A stretch of DNA of 64,000 nucleotides, from NCBI GenBank assembly GCA_008632985.1, contig QPGO01000030.1, positions 62,001-126,000 on the forward strand, given 5' to 3'. The translations under genes were made by a program, and so were the position numbers. Source of the DNA: Psammoneis japonica. Its lineage: Eukaryota. This document shows positions 33,688-45,500 of the stretch, piece by piece (within the stretch, counting starts at the first letter, position 1; each line of letters opens with the position of its first letter). A model generated the notes under the pieces. That model did not search any database. It saw nothing but the letters and a program-made list of their open reading frames with translations, and was not told the DNA's origin.

Positions 33688-34515
33688 ATGGAAAGCAAAC
33701 CTCACCCCTCTCGTCGATCATTGCTTTCGAAACGACGTGATGGATCAGGGCTGTTGCGATCGTCGTTTGCACGCCTCGATAGTTTTTTCAATCTCGATCG
33801 CACGGGCGATCGAGGCATGTCCGAAGACGCGGAGAGCATTGCCACGGAGCTTCGGCATTTGCACCATGCCGAAGATGAATTACGGCGTGAGTTGGATGCA
33901 ATTGGGAGTTCAGACGTTTCGGAAAATAAAAAAAATGTGTCGGCAGATGTTTCAGAAAACAACAAAAACAAAAACGTTAAGCCACTCCCGCCTGCGTTGA
34001 AAAAACGACGAGACTCCTTTTCGAGTCTCAAACGACAAGTGTCAGACGACAGTTTTCGTAATCTTCAATTGAAGCTGAATGAAATGTTTCACTCGGATGA
34101 AGTGGGCACAGCCGTGACGGACATATCCAACTCACCCGGCAGGCAGAAGCGGCCGAATATGAACTTTCAAAGGAATGATGAAAAAGAATTGTATTCCCAC
34201 AATTTCATCGAGAAGCTTGCAAACGCCGTGTTTGGTAGGCGAGAATACACGGTCAAGCCCATGTTTGCCAAGAAGTCCGACGAGCCATGCACAAGAACAG
34301 TCCAAGGCGGAGTGGTGGTTACTCTGGCTAGCGCCATTTTGGTGTCACGCCTCCAAATTATCGAATCCACTGTTTTACCAATCTTGTTTGTTCCTCTGGC
34401 AGTAACATGGATTGAAATACATTCGTTTCACCGTTTGGAAGAAACCTCAATTGCTCTTGGAATTCTGGTGATGCACTTTGTCATTTCTCATTATGGGGCA
34501 CTTATTGCACCGTAA
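33688..34515 (+). CDS. Hypothetical protein with C-terminal transmembrane segments
   Basis: 275-aa ORF, hydrophobic C-terminus, short internal repeat DVSEN.K x2. Confidence 0.7.
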   Translation: MESKPHPSRRSLLSKRRDGSGLLRSSFARLDSFFNLDRTGDRGMSEDAESIATELRHLHHAEDELRRELDAIGSSDVSENKKNVSADVSENNKNKNVKPLPPALKKRRDSFSSLKRQVSDDSFRNLQLKLNEMFHSDEVGTAVTDISNSPGRQKRPNMNFQRNDEKELYSHNFIEKLANAVFGRREYTVKPMFAKKSDEPCTRTVQGGVVVTLASAILVSRLQIIESTVLPILFVPLAVTWIEIHSFHRLEETSIALGILVMHFVISHYGALIAP

Positions 34516-34577
34516 TAGCTACACATGATAGATACGGTAAGCTAGTAGATAAGCTATGCGTAATAAAGCTTTTGAAG

Positions 34578-36608
34578 CTATTCGTTCCAAAAGTCATTTT
34601 GTCTTTGTGGTTTGAATAAACATCGGTGTATGGGAGTGTCTTGCAATTGGCAGGCAACCTCCGTCTCGGTTGACGCACGCGATGGAAGCAGCGCGTCTCG
34701 ACTCCACAACGGTCCAATGGCACGTTCCGCTCCTCCTCCTTGTCGAAGCCATTCCTCGGTACGGAGTGGCATTCGGGTATTTTCACGTGATGCGGCAGTG
34801 ACGGGATGGGCAACCTCCACACACTCCAAACTACCCGACTGCAACGCCATGTCTTTCATGGCTACCGCGACATCTTCACAGTTGGACTGCACCAAGATTC
34901 GACCACCATGCGATTGCTCCACGAGTTGTGCTGCTCGTTGAAACAAGGCGGGTGTCACCATGAATTTGCCATCCAAGGCGTCGAGGGCAAGCTGGGAGTT
35001 TCCGCTGTCGGTTTTTAATCGAAAGGGCGACGGAAACTGAATCATGACTAGAGACGCTCGTCCTGGGTAATTTGCATGAACGTCATTCAAAAATTCTTGC
35101 GCGGATTGATGGACAAATTGTACACGATGGTGAAGACCCCATCGATGAGCAATACCCCGTGCATATCCAATGGAAAGCGCGCTCAAGTCACAGCCAACAA
35201 AGTTGCATTCAGTCCAATCTATACCCATCAATTCAGAATCCTTGCTGATTTCTTGTCTGGCAAGCGTGGATAACCCCAAAAGTGACACGCCCAAACCGCA
35301 ACCTACATCGACAACCAGTGGTCGATTTGCATCTGGAAAATTCATAATCCACGGCACACTAGACCGACTCGTTTGCTTCTTCACTCGACTTGTCGTCGTC
35401 GTCGTTACCTTTTGTTGTCGTGACGAGAATCGCCACAGCCACAAGAGTGAACGAGGTGAATGCAAATCAAATCCACTTTTGAGGCTATCGACAACATTAT
35501 TTGAATGAAATGTTTCGTTTCTGTCTTCGAGACACGACGCCGCAATACTATAAACATTGTCGCATGTAGAAGAGGAAGAATCCCTCACGGTAACCCCCGA
35601 CGCGGCCAACTTTTCCACCATTTGTAACATAAACTTGGATTTAAAAGATGGTCTAGATGCAACGCGGCATAATTCCATTTGACAAACACACGTCAAGATT
35701 TGATACAAGTCTGGATCCTGAATGCCCGACAGAGCAAAATTAAAGGACGCATCTGCCGATGTTCGACCACGAATGTCGGTTCCCAGCGTTATCATCAAGC
35801 GCTGTTTGGCTCGCAATGCAAAAGACTCTTGCGTCTTATCAGTCAACACGCTATTGTCCCCGCTATTCGATGCTTCCACCGCCAATACGAGTGCTTCTTG
35901 TGAAATGTCGAGCACGCTTTCCGACGCCTTGTTTGACACAACAACCAATCTATCCGACAACAGAGGTGCCAAATCACTAGAAGACACCACGTTCCAAACT
36001 TCCATTGCCTCATCGTTACAGGCGTTTGTGTCAATAACAAAATTACATCCAGGTTTCAGTAAATAAGACAAACTCTCCAACACATCGTTCAATGATTGCG
36101 CTGCCATGTTGTTATCCAGCAACACATTTCGCACAGCCCGATGAATGACAAAATAGGATTGTGGCGCTGGACTACACAGCTTCTGCAAAATCCCATCAAC
36201 CCACATTTTCTTTTCTGGAGGAGTGACCGTCCAAGCCGTGGCGTTCCAACAATGTTCAATATCCTGAAACAGCGGCTTGAGGGAGTCGTCATCATCGTCA
36301 TGTATTCTTTCGTTGCAAGATTCTCTAAACGCTGTACTGGAAGGCAATTCATGGAACGATTTCACTCCATATATCCGTCCTCTTGTTTTATTATATGCCC
36401 TTAACGATCTTTCGTGCGAATGTATCGAAAAATACCGTCGCCAACATGATGCTTCCAACAAGCGCGATCTGTGTTGCGACATTCCTCGAAACGACAACAG
36501 CGGTCGGCAAGTCGCAATCATTAGAGACACAACAATCAGAATCCTAGACGATATATCATGACGCCATTTCATTCTCAACGAATAGAGCAAGGTCGCATTA
36601 TCGGCCAC
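34578..36608 (-). CDS. SAM-dependent methyltransferase, C-terminal TrmB (tRNA m7G46)-like domain
   Basis: PLVVDVGCGLG motif I, NFVGCD, IQFPSP, QSNCEDVA. Start uncertain. Confidence 0.75.
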   Translation of the reverse strand: MADNATLLYSLRMKWRHDISSRILIVVSLMIATCRPLLSFRGMSQHRSRLLEASCWRRYFSIHSHERSLRAYNKTRGRIYGVKSFHELPSSTAFRESCNERIHDDDDDSLKPLFQDIEHCWNATAWTVTPPEKKMWVDGILQKLCSPAPQSYFVIHRAVRNVLLDNNMAAQSLNDVLESLSYLLKPGCNFVIDTNACNDEAMEVWNVVSSSDLAPLLSDRLVVVSNKASESVLDISQEALVLAVEASNSGDNSVLTDKTQESFALRAKQRLMITLGTDIRGRTSADASFNFALSGIQDPDLYQILTCVCQMELCRVASRPSFKSKFMLQMVEKLAASGVTVRDSSSSTCDNVYSIAASCLEDRNETFHSNNVVDSLKSGFDLHSPRSLLWLWRFSSRQQKVTTTTTSRVKKQTSRSSVPWIMNFPDANRPLVVDVGCGLGVSLLGLSTLARQEISKDSELMGIDWTECNFVGCDLSALSIGYARGIAHRWGLHHRVQFVHQSAQEFLNDVHANYPGRASLVMIQFPSPFRLKTDSGNSQLALDALDGKFMVTPALFQRAAQLVEQSHGGRILVQSNCEDVAVAMKDMALQSGSLECVEVAHPVTAASRENTRMPLRTEEWLRQGGGAERAIGPLWSRDALLPSRASTETEVACQLQDTPIHRCLFKPQRQNDFWNE

Positions 36609-36891
36609 GACCGCATACCGCCATCATGGTCAACATCATCTGTATCTTTCATGTTTTTTGTGAAAACATGGTGAAAACGGAAAATTCCAAAATTGCAAAA
36701 TATTAGATGGGTTTTTGATTTTCTTATTTCTCGTTGTCGCTGTTGCTTCCCTCAATATTTCAACTTTGCTCCCTCACTTTGCTGTTTGCTGTTGTTGGTT
36801 GTTGCCGTTCCACACTTGCAACGATTATATCCACCTCTTTGCTTCTAGACACTCTGTTCCTCATTAGCTCTTACGTTTTGTGAATTGAATC

Positions 36892-37760
36892 ATGGACGAC
36901 GTGACGTTGTTGTCAATCGAAGATGCCATGGCACAACGCCGCGCCGTGTTGGAACCGCTCTTGGAAATGGCCCGAAGCAACGACAACTTGTCCACGATTC
37001 GAACCTTGGTTCTCAAGGCACTTTCTCACCCGCAACTCTTTTGTGGCTTTGATCAAATCAAGCGCGAGATTCAGCCCCTGGAAGGCGGTGAAGTGCTGTT
37101 GAGGACTTGGATCTGTTTTCGTATGGACTGTACCGTGATTATGCCGAGGCTCCGGCCTCTCAGTTTCTGCCTCTAACCGAAGGTCAGGTGCAAAAGCTAC
37201 GACAATTGACGGTTGTATCCATGATTCAGCAATCATGTTTGAACAATACAAAAGGAATTGTTTCGTACGACCAGTTGGCAAACGATTTGGGGTTTGCTAA
37301 CGACAATAGCAATGACGTGTACCGCAACGTGGAACAAGTGCTCATTTCGTGCGTCTACGCTCGCATCATTTCGGGTCGCTTATGTCAACGCTCCAAATGC
37401 TTTGTCATTTCATGCCTCGACGGTCCGCCCTGTCAAGCGCGGGATGTGCAGTCTGTGTCGCAGCTCTTGTCCATCATGACGAGTTTGGATAACAAGCTCG
37501 AACGGACCATTTTGTCTCTGAGCCAAGACAAGACGCGGACGCAGCTGGAACAGGAGCGAAATGCCGAATTTTGGAAACGCGTCGAGGATGACACTACGAG
37601 ACTTTCGGCTGGGCAGCCAACATCGTGGCAACAGCCAGAGACGACTTCAGGCAACAATAATGGCACGTCACGAGGACGCCAAGCTGCCGCCGGTGGAAGG
37701 CCGTCCTCGAAACGCAGCCGTGGCGGTGGAACGAGCATTTCGTTCCAAACTGGAGAGTAA
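36892..37760 (+). CDS. CSN7: COP9 signalosome subunit 7-like PCI protein
   Basis: KALSHPQLFCGF, LDLFSYGLYRDY, QKLRQLTVVS, VEQVLISCVY..IISGRL.Q, RDV. One-base frameshift near 37105. Confidence 0.8.
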
Positions 37761-37933
37761 ATAAACTGGTGTTGGAGGGTTTGAGTAGGTGATTGTGCAG
37801 CGTTTTCGAAACGTAACAAGAACAAGAGAAAAGGGCTATTTTTTGTAGATTGCTCGAATCATACAGTAACTAGATTTTCGACGCCAATCGGTGGTTGCTA
37901 CTTGTTTTAATGCTTGTACCGGTAGGTCGTAGA

Positions 37934-39083
37934 CTAGTCATTTCTGTTTTTTGCAGACGCCTTTTGTCTGGATATGGTTGGATGAGCCTTGACAAAGGGT
38001 ATGCCAATGTAACTTTTCGTTGCATACGCCAGATATTCGTTTGGAAAATGCTCCAGGAGGGATTCCTCTTCATAAGGAATTCGTCTCTGAAAGAATAGAC
38101 AAGAAGCAATCGCAAATAGCACTGTGTTGATTGGATTTCCCAGCAACAACTGAGTCCCGACGGAGTAATAAAAGAAACCGACATAGCTTGGATGTCGGAA
38201 AAACCGATAACTTAGCACAAAAACAACAAGAACAATAGTCTCATGAGCAACTCCGATGACAAACAAGACACAGTATACATCATCAGTATACATACATTCC
38301 ATGAGTTACCAAAACGTGATTGGTTTTCTTTTCCTTTTGAATCAAGTGGTTGAAACTTTCTCCACAAGTCATCATGGCTATCGATCGAATGATTTGTGCC
38401 AAAACAACAAGAACCAAGCCGAAAACTGATATGTAGGGATAGTGAATGGATGGGAAAAGGAGAAACCGTAACCAAAACTCAACCCAAGATGCCTAAGGTC
38501 GTCGAATTGAAAACAAAAAACAACAAAGTCAGAGCCGGGCTTTTTGAATCGTTGAAGACGAGTGTATTTAAGTCGATTATGTATTCCTTACCAACGCCGC
38601 AGTCGTGTACATTATGGAATGATTCACGAGATAGGAGTCAGCAGTCAAGACCGATGGATTATAAAGAGCTGTGACAAAGAATTCTGCCAAGTGAAATGTG
38701 CATACAAGCACAAAATAGGTGCACCATTGCCAAAGCAGCCAAAAGCGATCCGTCGAAAAGTGTGAATAGTCTTGTATTATTTTTGCCCCTCCCAACTGTA
38801 GAGTCAATACGAGAGCAAGCAATAAATGCACTCCCAGTAGTATCCCGAGTATACATCCCACAAGTGCAACACGTCCAAGCCCCTGGGAATTAAACGGCGT
38901 GTCAGTGTTGGTCGAGAGAGAAAAAGGTCGAGAGCACACACACACGTCCCATCTTTTTCTTACAAGTTTTGTTTCAAACTGAGGATACCCTATCCACCTG
39001 TCAAAGTTAAGCATGCATTGCAATCTCGCTAGCCAATGTCGGAAGCGTTGTGTCGCAGAATTTGTCAACGACGCCGCCGCCAT
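37934..39083 (-). CDS. ICMT: Isoprenylcysteine carboxyl methyltransferase (multi-exon)
   Basis: FHLAEFFVTA, DSYLVNHS, RHPSYVGFFYYSVGTQLLLGNP, RIPYEEESL..F..EY..Y, GIPF. Several short introns. Confidence 0.9.
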
Positions 39084-39375
39084 GGTGCAGAAGTGAAAAA
39101 ATATTTTTGAGACGATTTATGCACCTTGGGCCGGCGGGGGCGCCGACAAGAGACGATTTATGCACACAAGTACTCACGCAACGCACGCACCCAAGGGTTT
39201 GGGGACATACCAAAAATATCGAAATTGGTATCCCCCCTGAGCGTATGTCCATCCGTCCGGAAGACGAGCGACCGCGTGCATCAACGCGCGCACGTTCCAG
39301 ACGCGCGTCTGGCCGTCCGTCTCGCGCAAATGAAGAGTTCAGAGTCCAGTGTACTCCATCATCAATCAATCAACC

Positions 39376-42230
39376 ATGGCGTCGCCGTCCACAACAACGA
39401 CGTTCCCTTTGCAGTTGGGCATATGCCGTCGGGTAATAGCGTCAATGAACCACGAAAGTCAGCGGGAGAATCAACGACGACGACGACGACGACGACCTCG
39501 CACAGGAACAGACAATGCTGCACCACAAATCAATCCTTTCTCGTTGACGTCGCGAACCGTGTTGATCTACGATGTTGCTACTTCTAGCAATGAAGTGGGC
39601 ATTATTTTGTGCAAATGGGAACCGTCAGGAGGTTTTGATACCGAGTCGAAAGAAGATATCTTTTGTGTTGACGATTCGGTGCGAGTGATTGTGCGACCTA
39701 CCGAATTGGGAAATCGCCTGCCTAAGCTCTTGGACCCTAATCAAAACGACAATATAATTCCTTGGAAGCACATTTCGAAAATCACAAAAGATGGCCAGGA
39801 TTGTAGTGATGGATCCCATTTGCACATGACGGTAACTCCAATCTCAAATCACGAGGACACGGTTGGTCCACACGGTTTGCTTGCATTCATTGCGAATCTT
39901 CCGTCTCCGCTTCTTTCCATCACTCTTTTACGACGGCAAAACTCATGCAGTAACAACAATGACTTCACCAAGAAGAATACCATCTTGCAACAGGCATGCC
40001 ATAAGCGACAATTAGTCGGCAGTGTTTTGATATACGACGACAACAGCGACGTATCCTGCATGCTGACTACGGAATTCAGAATACCTACTACATTGGATGG
40101 CGACACACTCTTCTACAAAGTCAAATCAGTGACGCCAGTTCAAAAGCTTTCAGATGAGGTAAGTCGCAAGAAAATAGACCAGAAATTGGAAATCACATGT
40201 CAACTCTAACCACACCGTCCATTGGTTGAAAGTCCTCAGGAGTCTTTATCATTCTTCCAAGCACGCAAATCACCATCTTGGAAGACGAGAAAAAAGATGA
40301 TGCAAAAATTGGTGGGAAGGACCAATTACCAATAACGGAATCGCCAATGGTCGATGCCGATTCGACGTCTCCCGCCGCAGAACTCTTGATCAACACAATT
40401 CATTGTGTACTTAAATTCGATGCCAATATACCTCGATCGTTTCTCTTTACCGGCCCTCCTGGCGTGGGCAAGACATTTGCGGTTCGCACGGCACTGGCCA
40501 GGATCGAAAAGGACTACCCAAAGTCGACACGGCTCATTTCTATACAGGGAGGGGAACTGCTTGGTGCGGGTGGTTCGAACGAAGCGGGTGCATCCCGTTT
40601 GTTGGAGCAGCACTTTACAAGTGCAGCTCAGTTTTGTCGCAATCAGAATGCATCAGATCGCGTTGCTTTGATATTTTTGGATGAGTGTGAAGCTCTACTG
40701 TCATCTGAAACAGTGGCCGCCATGTTGGGGAACCTTCTTGATCGAGTTTCGTCTCGTATTGCATCCACGTCGAATGCTGGTTGGAGACGCATGCTGGTTG
40801 TTGGTGCCACGAACCGCATTGATGCTGTGCCGGCTTGGTTGCGACGTCCCGGGAGATTTGATCGTGAAGTGGTAATGACACCACCCGACGCGAAGGACCG
40901 CGTCGTCATTCTCGAATCCCTATTGAATCGACATTTACAGTCCTTATCGTTACAGGAAGAACCTTCAACTCTCTCGCGGCAAGATCTTGAATCAGTGGCA
41001 GAAGCCTGCGTTGGCTATGTTGCGGCAGATCTTGCCGCTCTAGTTCGTAGAGCCTTTCTTTTGAGTATTCAAGAGTCGTCACACCATGAGATGATCATTG
41101 ATTTGTTGAGGCGTTCCATGGAGGACGTTGGTGCATCGGTAAGCAGGCATTCTTAGTTTTATGCCTCAAATGTATGCTGGTTCAACTCATATGTCTTGTT
41201 TCTTTACCATCTTTTAAAAGGCACTTCGAGATGCCGCGCTGTCGGCACCGCCGACAACAACGTGGGGCGACATTGTTGGCGATGCTGGTGGAGCGAAGAC
41301 AGCTCTTCGGCGCGCTGTTGAATGGCCACGAACGAAGCAAAAGGATTTTGCAAGCCTCGGTCTCATCCCTCCTCGTGGTAGGTCTAAGCAGTTGTGCTTT
41401 TACCATGTGAATGAATCGACCCATCCCACTTTTATGCTGTATTATGTGTACTCTACCCAGGTATTCTGCTTCATGGCCCCCCTGGTTGCGCCAAAACCAC
41501 TCTAGCTCGTGCTGCAGCCGGAGCCGCTGGCATTGCTTTCTTCTCATTGTCCCCTGCAGATGTGTACGCTTCGTCCTATGTTGGAGAAGCGGAGGCAATT
41601 GTACGACGGGCTTTCACACTTGCGCGGTCAGCCGCACCTTGCATTTTGTTTTTCGACGAAATCGATTCCATTCTCGGTTCTTCGGCCTCCACGGACGGTG
41701 GCAGCATGCAAGGCCGTGGTTCTTCCGCAGAGGCCCGGGTTTTATCGACTTTTTTAAATGAAATGGATGGCGTAGACGGGTCGCGCACCGATGGTGTCCT
41801 TGTACTGGGTGCAACCAACCGGCCATGTACTTTGGATGCAGCACTCTTGCGTCCTGGTCGATTCGACAAGGTAATCTATGTTCCACCTCCGGATGAGGAA
41901 GGCAGAAAGTCGATATTGTCCATGCAATTTCAAAAATGGGCTAAATCGAATGATGCGGTGAATTCAATCAATGTCGACCTGCTGGCAAATGAAACTATAT
42001 CGGGGAAAATGACTGGGGCCGAAATTGTTGGTGCGTGTCGTGAGGCGGCTATGAAGTCCCTGAGAGAGGCCTTGTCTCAGAGCGAGAGAGATAAAGAACA
42101 TACCGCAACGCCCGTTGTCACACATGCTTGTCTGGAGGAATCATTAAAAGAGATCAAGCCACTACTTTCTGACGAATCGATCATGGAGGAATACGCGCGC
42201 TTCGAACAGAGCCGTCAGTATAAAGCGTAG
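39376..42230 (+). CDS. Double AAA+ ATPase, CDC48/AFG2(SPATA5)-like
   Basis: GPPGVGKT, IFLDECE, RRPGRFDRE; then HGPPGCAKT, FFDEID, FLNEMDG, LRPGRFD. Introns near 40159-40240, 41139-41220, 41378-41460. Confidence 0.88.
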
Positions 42231-42314
42231 GCCCTAACTGATTCTATTGTATATTTGCGATAGTCTAGCAGTCCCTCTCGAAGAGAGTATTCATGCATGC
42301 AGTGCACGATATAT

Positions 42315-43121
42315 TCATTTCCTGCTGTTTGGTTGCAACATTAATGACGCAAAGGTCTTTTGTTTGTTGCCTTTTATCTTTCCTCCGTCAACGCCAGCAT
42401 CTCCAATTCTAGTTCTAATCCGCCCCATTGTATTGGAAACAGCATCGGGGTCTCTTCGTAGCGCTTGTCCGTTGGCGGAAACAAATATTTGACACGAATG
42501 GCCTTTCTTGAGATATTTGATGAGATTATTAACCTTTCGTTCCATATCGTTGTCAGCAATAGCAGCCTGGTGCGGCGCAAGCAAACGTGAGAACGCACCT
42601 GGAACACAGAAAGCACATAAGGACCCCCGCAAAAAACTTACTCTAAACTTGAATTCCTTGAGAGACTTCACACCATTCGATGAGTTTCCTCCTTTTTTCT
42701 TTTGTATCTTATATTCAAATTTTGAGAAATCAACTGCCTTGATTACAGGCGGATCTTGTTTTACGTTCACAGCGACAAGGTCCACGCCCAACTCTGTGGA
42801 CTTTTCGACTGCTTGTGTCAAGGTTACAATTTCTGGGGTTTCTCTGTTTTCACTTTGAAGTATACCTTCATCAACAATAAGTCGTACCTTGACGGACTCG
42901 CCAGAGGAATGTGACTTATTTTGATTCATCAAGACTTTAATCAAGCGTTCGTTTGTGAGCGTCTGGTGTCTTTGGTTTTGTCGTCGAGCCTTCGCTGAAC
43001 TACTGAACCATTCTAATCGATTATCCGTCTTGCCATAGCTAACAAGATGACTGGTGGTGAGGACGCTTGCAGTTCGAAGAGGCAAATTCCTTGAAGCTCG
43101 ACAGCACATCGAAGACAGCAT
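42315..43121 (-). CDS. Organellar (probably mitochondrial) translation initiation factor IF-3
   Basis: NERLI, VDLVAV...DPPVIKAVDFSKFEY, KEFKFR / AAIADNDMERKV...LKKGH. Intron about 42641-42567; basic/Ser-rich presequence. Confidence 0.85.
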   Translation of the reverse strand: MLSSMCCRASRNLPLRTASVLTTSHLVSYGKTDNRLEWFSSSAKARRQNQRHQTLTNERLIKVLMNQNKSHSSGESVKVRLIVDEGILQSENRETPEIVTLTQAVEKSTELGVDLVAVNVKQDPPVIKAVDFSKFEYKIQKKKGGNSSNGVKSLKEFKFRVSFLRGSLCAFCVPGAFSRLLAPHQAAIADNDMERKVNNLIKYLKKGHSCQIFVSANGQALRRDPDAVSNTMGRIRTRIGDAGVDGGKIKGNKQKTFASLMLQPNSRK

Positions 43122-43302
43122 CGTCACCGCTCACTTTGAACTTGCTTTTGGCTTCTTGTTGACTTTGTCTTGTGCGTGTGGATGCGCTGCGCTGGAAGCT
43201 TCTCCGCTTTTTTTCGCGAGACGCGAGAGCGCGCCGCAAGTAAAACACCCATCCCCGCCCCGTCCCTGACCTCGAATGGTCCGCAATCAGTGATTCCGAA
43301 TT

Positions 43303-43320
43303 CTCTCTCTCTCTCTCTCT
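43303..43320. repeat. (CT)n microsatellite at the edge of a TA-depleted block
   Basis: About 9 CT units. Confidence 0.85.
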
Positions 43321-43329
43321 GAAAGTGCT

Positions 43330-44350
43330 GGAGAACACTTCTTGCTTCTTGCATCAGAGCAAACAAATGACCTGGTCATCGGAATTGTGCTTCTTCTCAT
43401 TGTTCTGAAGAGCAACAAGAATGAGTCATTTCCTCACATGGCCAAACCCCAGTGTGCATTTGGACAGGCTGTTGCTGCTTCAGCAAGAAAGCTGGCAAAT
43501 TGGGCCATCCCGGGCGGCGCCAGCACAGCACACACTCTGGATTCTCCACAGTGGCTGCTGGCTGTTGTCCTTCACTGCAAAGACTCCTCCACCACTTGCT
43601 GCATCACAGCCACAGATGGGGCAAGAACTCAACACTCTCACGTGCCGTGCCGCGCACACCACCATCATCAACGTCGTCATCTGGCTTGCACCAGGGCACT
43701 CCAGAGCTGCAAATGCCAAGGGGCATGCACCCGCAATTGCATGGGTGCTGCATGGAGCACACCAAAGAACTCAATGCCAGCACCAAGAAGAGCCCACATT
43801 TCAAGTTTCCGCCAAAGGCATGGCTGGCTGTCTCGCCAACAATCCTGCCACAAAGTCGCCTGCTGTTGCTTGGTTTTTGCCCCCCTCTCTGGGTCAGCTT
43901 TCCAGGGGTGCTTTTTCAACCACCCTCATCTCCAAAGGATGGTGCTTGCAAGTCTGGCTGAAAAGGGGGCACAGCTTTGTGTTCTTTGATCACAGCTGGA
44001 TGCCTGACAGCTTTTGGAGCATTGCATCTCCTCTCACGCCAAGTGCTGGCAGCTGCTGTGCTCCCCAGCTTCGCTGACTGTGGGATGGATGAGTTCCCCA
44101 GTTTTGGCACTGCTGCAGAGAGACCAGCACCAACCTTTCCACGCTGCTTTTGGAAGGACATTCGTGGTTCGGGGCCCCAGCAGCCAGCTCCTCTCCCTCC
44201 CCTTTGGCTGCTTCCAGCCATCACTCCTGACTCCACACTTGCTGCACCACCGCCTGCAACACCTGGTCTACACTGGAAGAAACACACCATCGCCATCGTC
44301 ACCTGTGCAGTCGACAACACAACACGTTTGTCGGTCATGTCAGTGACATG
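43330..44350. other. TpA-depleted block between divergent genes
   Basis: About 1 kb with almost no TA; long Tyr-poor ORFs in all frames. Confidence 0.8.
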
Positions 44351-44745
44351 CATGTCAGCGATGACCACACCTGCTTCAACAGATAATGTTATTCAGAGTT
44401 TAATAAACGTATTTTGATCATAATGGCGGTTCGCGAACGTTATTTGGGCGGGAAAAGTCAGCGACGTGCGACGTGCATGTTGCATGTGCGATGTATGCAC
44501 TTCCAATTTGGCAATGGCTGCTTACTACTCGTACCGCTACACCAGCAGCGCTCCTACTCCGACAGCAGACGCAGACTACAATACGTAATACGTAGAGTCT
44601 ACAAACGACAAACTCGAAGATAGCGAGAGGAGCTAACTGCCGTGAATCTAGTGCAAACAACATCAACGCGCAAGAACACAGACTGGAGACCTACCACCAC
44701 CCCCAACGAATTGAACAACAGCGGCGCAGACAGTTTCAGAGAAGC

Positions 44746-45303
44746 ATGATATCAATCAATATGAAGCCACGCAAAACAAAGGGAATCGACACCGAGGCTT
44801 CGGATAACAAAGTTACTGTCGAGCCAGTCATGATATCAGTTGACTTGCAACCTGATATGCTTTTTCTTGCCGATGCCTTTCGTCTAGATACGAAGTCCAG
44901 GCTCTTGCTCACCGCCTTCGACGCAAGGACCATGGAGGATTTCGTCATGATGAGTAATGACGATTTCGAGCTGATGGTAATAACGGCCACAAGAGCTGGA
45001 TACGACCTTGCCCCGCTTCAACAGCGCAAGATTTTTATTCTCTTGGACTGGGTTAGGAATCTCGTCAAAGAAGAATCGGTGTTGGTGAGGAACAGATTTA
45101 GCAGAAGGTCGACCGTGACCGAAAAGGACATTGAAGAATGCTATGGTGATGTGTCATTGATACCACTTAATTGGAAGAATCGATTCCAAGCTGATCTGCC
45201 AGAGTTAAAGAATCGTCTTTTGGAATTGGGAGAAACCAACAGAACGAGTGGACTCATGCTTCTATTTAAGAACCTGAGGTGGGTCTTCTGCTACAGTACC
45301 TAA
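44746..45303 (+). CDS. Hypothetical protein (185 aa)
   Basis: Intact ORF with normal composition and protein-like sequence. Confidence 0.7.
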   Translation: MISINMKPRKTKGIDTEASDNKVTVEPVMISVDLQPDMLFLADAFRLDTKSRLLLTAFDARTMEDFVMMSNDDFELMVITATRAGYDLAPLQQRKIFILLDWVRNLVKEESVLVRNRFSRRSTVTEKDIEECYGDVSLIPLNWKNRFQADLPELKNRLLELGETNRTSGLMLLFKNLRWVFCYST

Positions 45304-45500
45304 GGCACTGTTCAGAAAATGCTGTTTGTACCGGTGTGTATGATAAACATTAAGGGTGGTACACTACTACATGTTAACGCCCTTGGCTCATCACTTCAAA
45401 TCGTGTCTCTAGGTTATTAACGATATTTTTTCACATGAAGTTGTATGAACTGGCGCATTCCTTATCTCATTGCCCATTAAAATGTAACAGAAAGAAGGAA

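Noticed and set aside
13800..37110. Frameshifts in the CLK (~13805), GNAT (~21557, ~21727, ~21910) and CSN7 (~37105) genes as pseudogenisation or programmed frameshifting
   Set aside because: Most are single-base losses in short homopolymers within otherwise conserved genes, typical of long-read consensus error; needs read checking.
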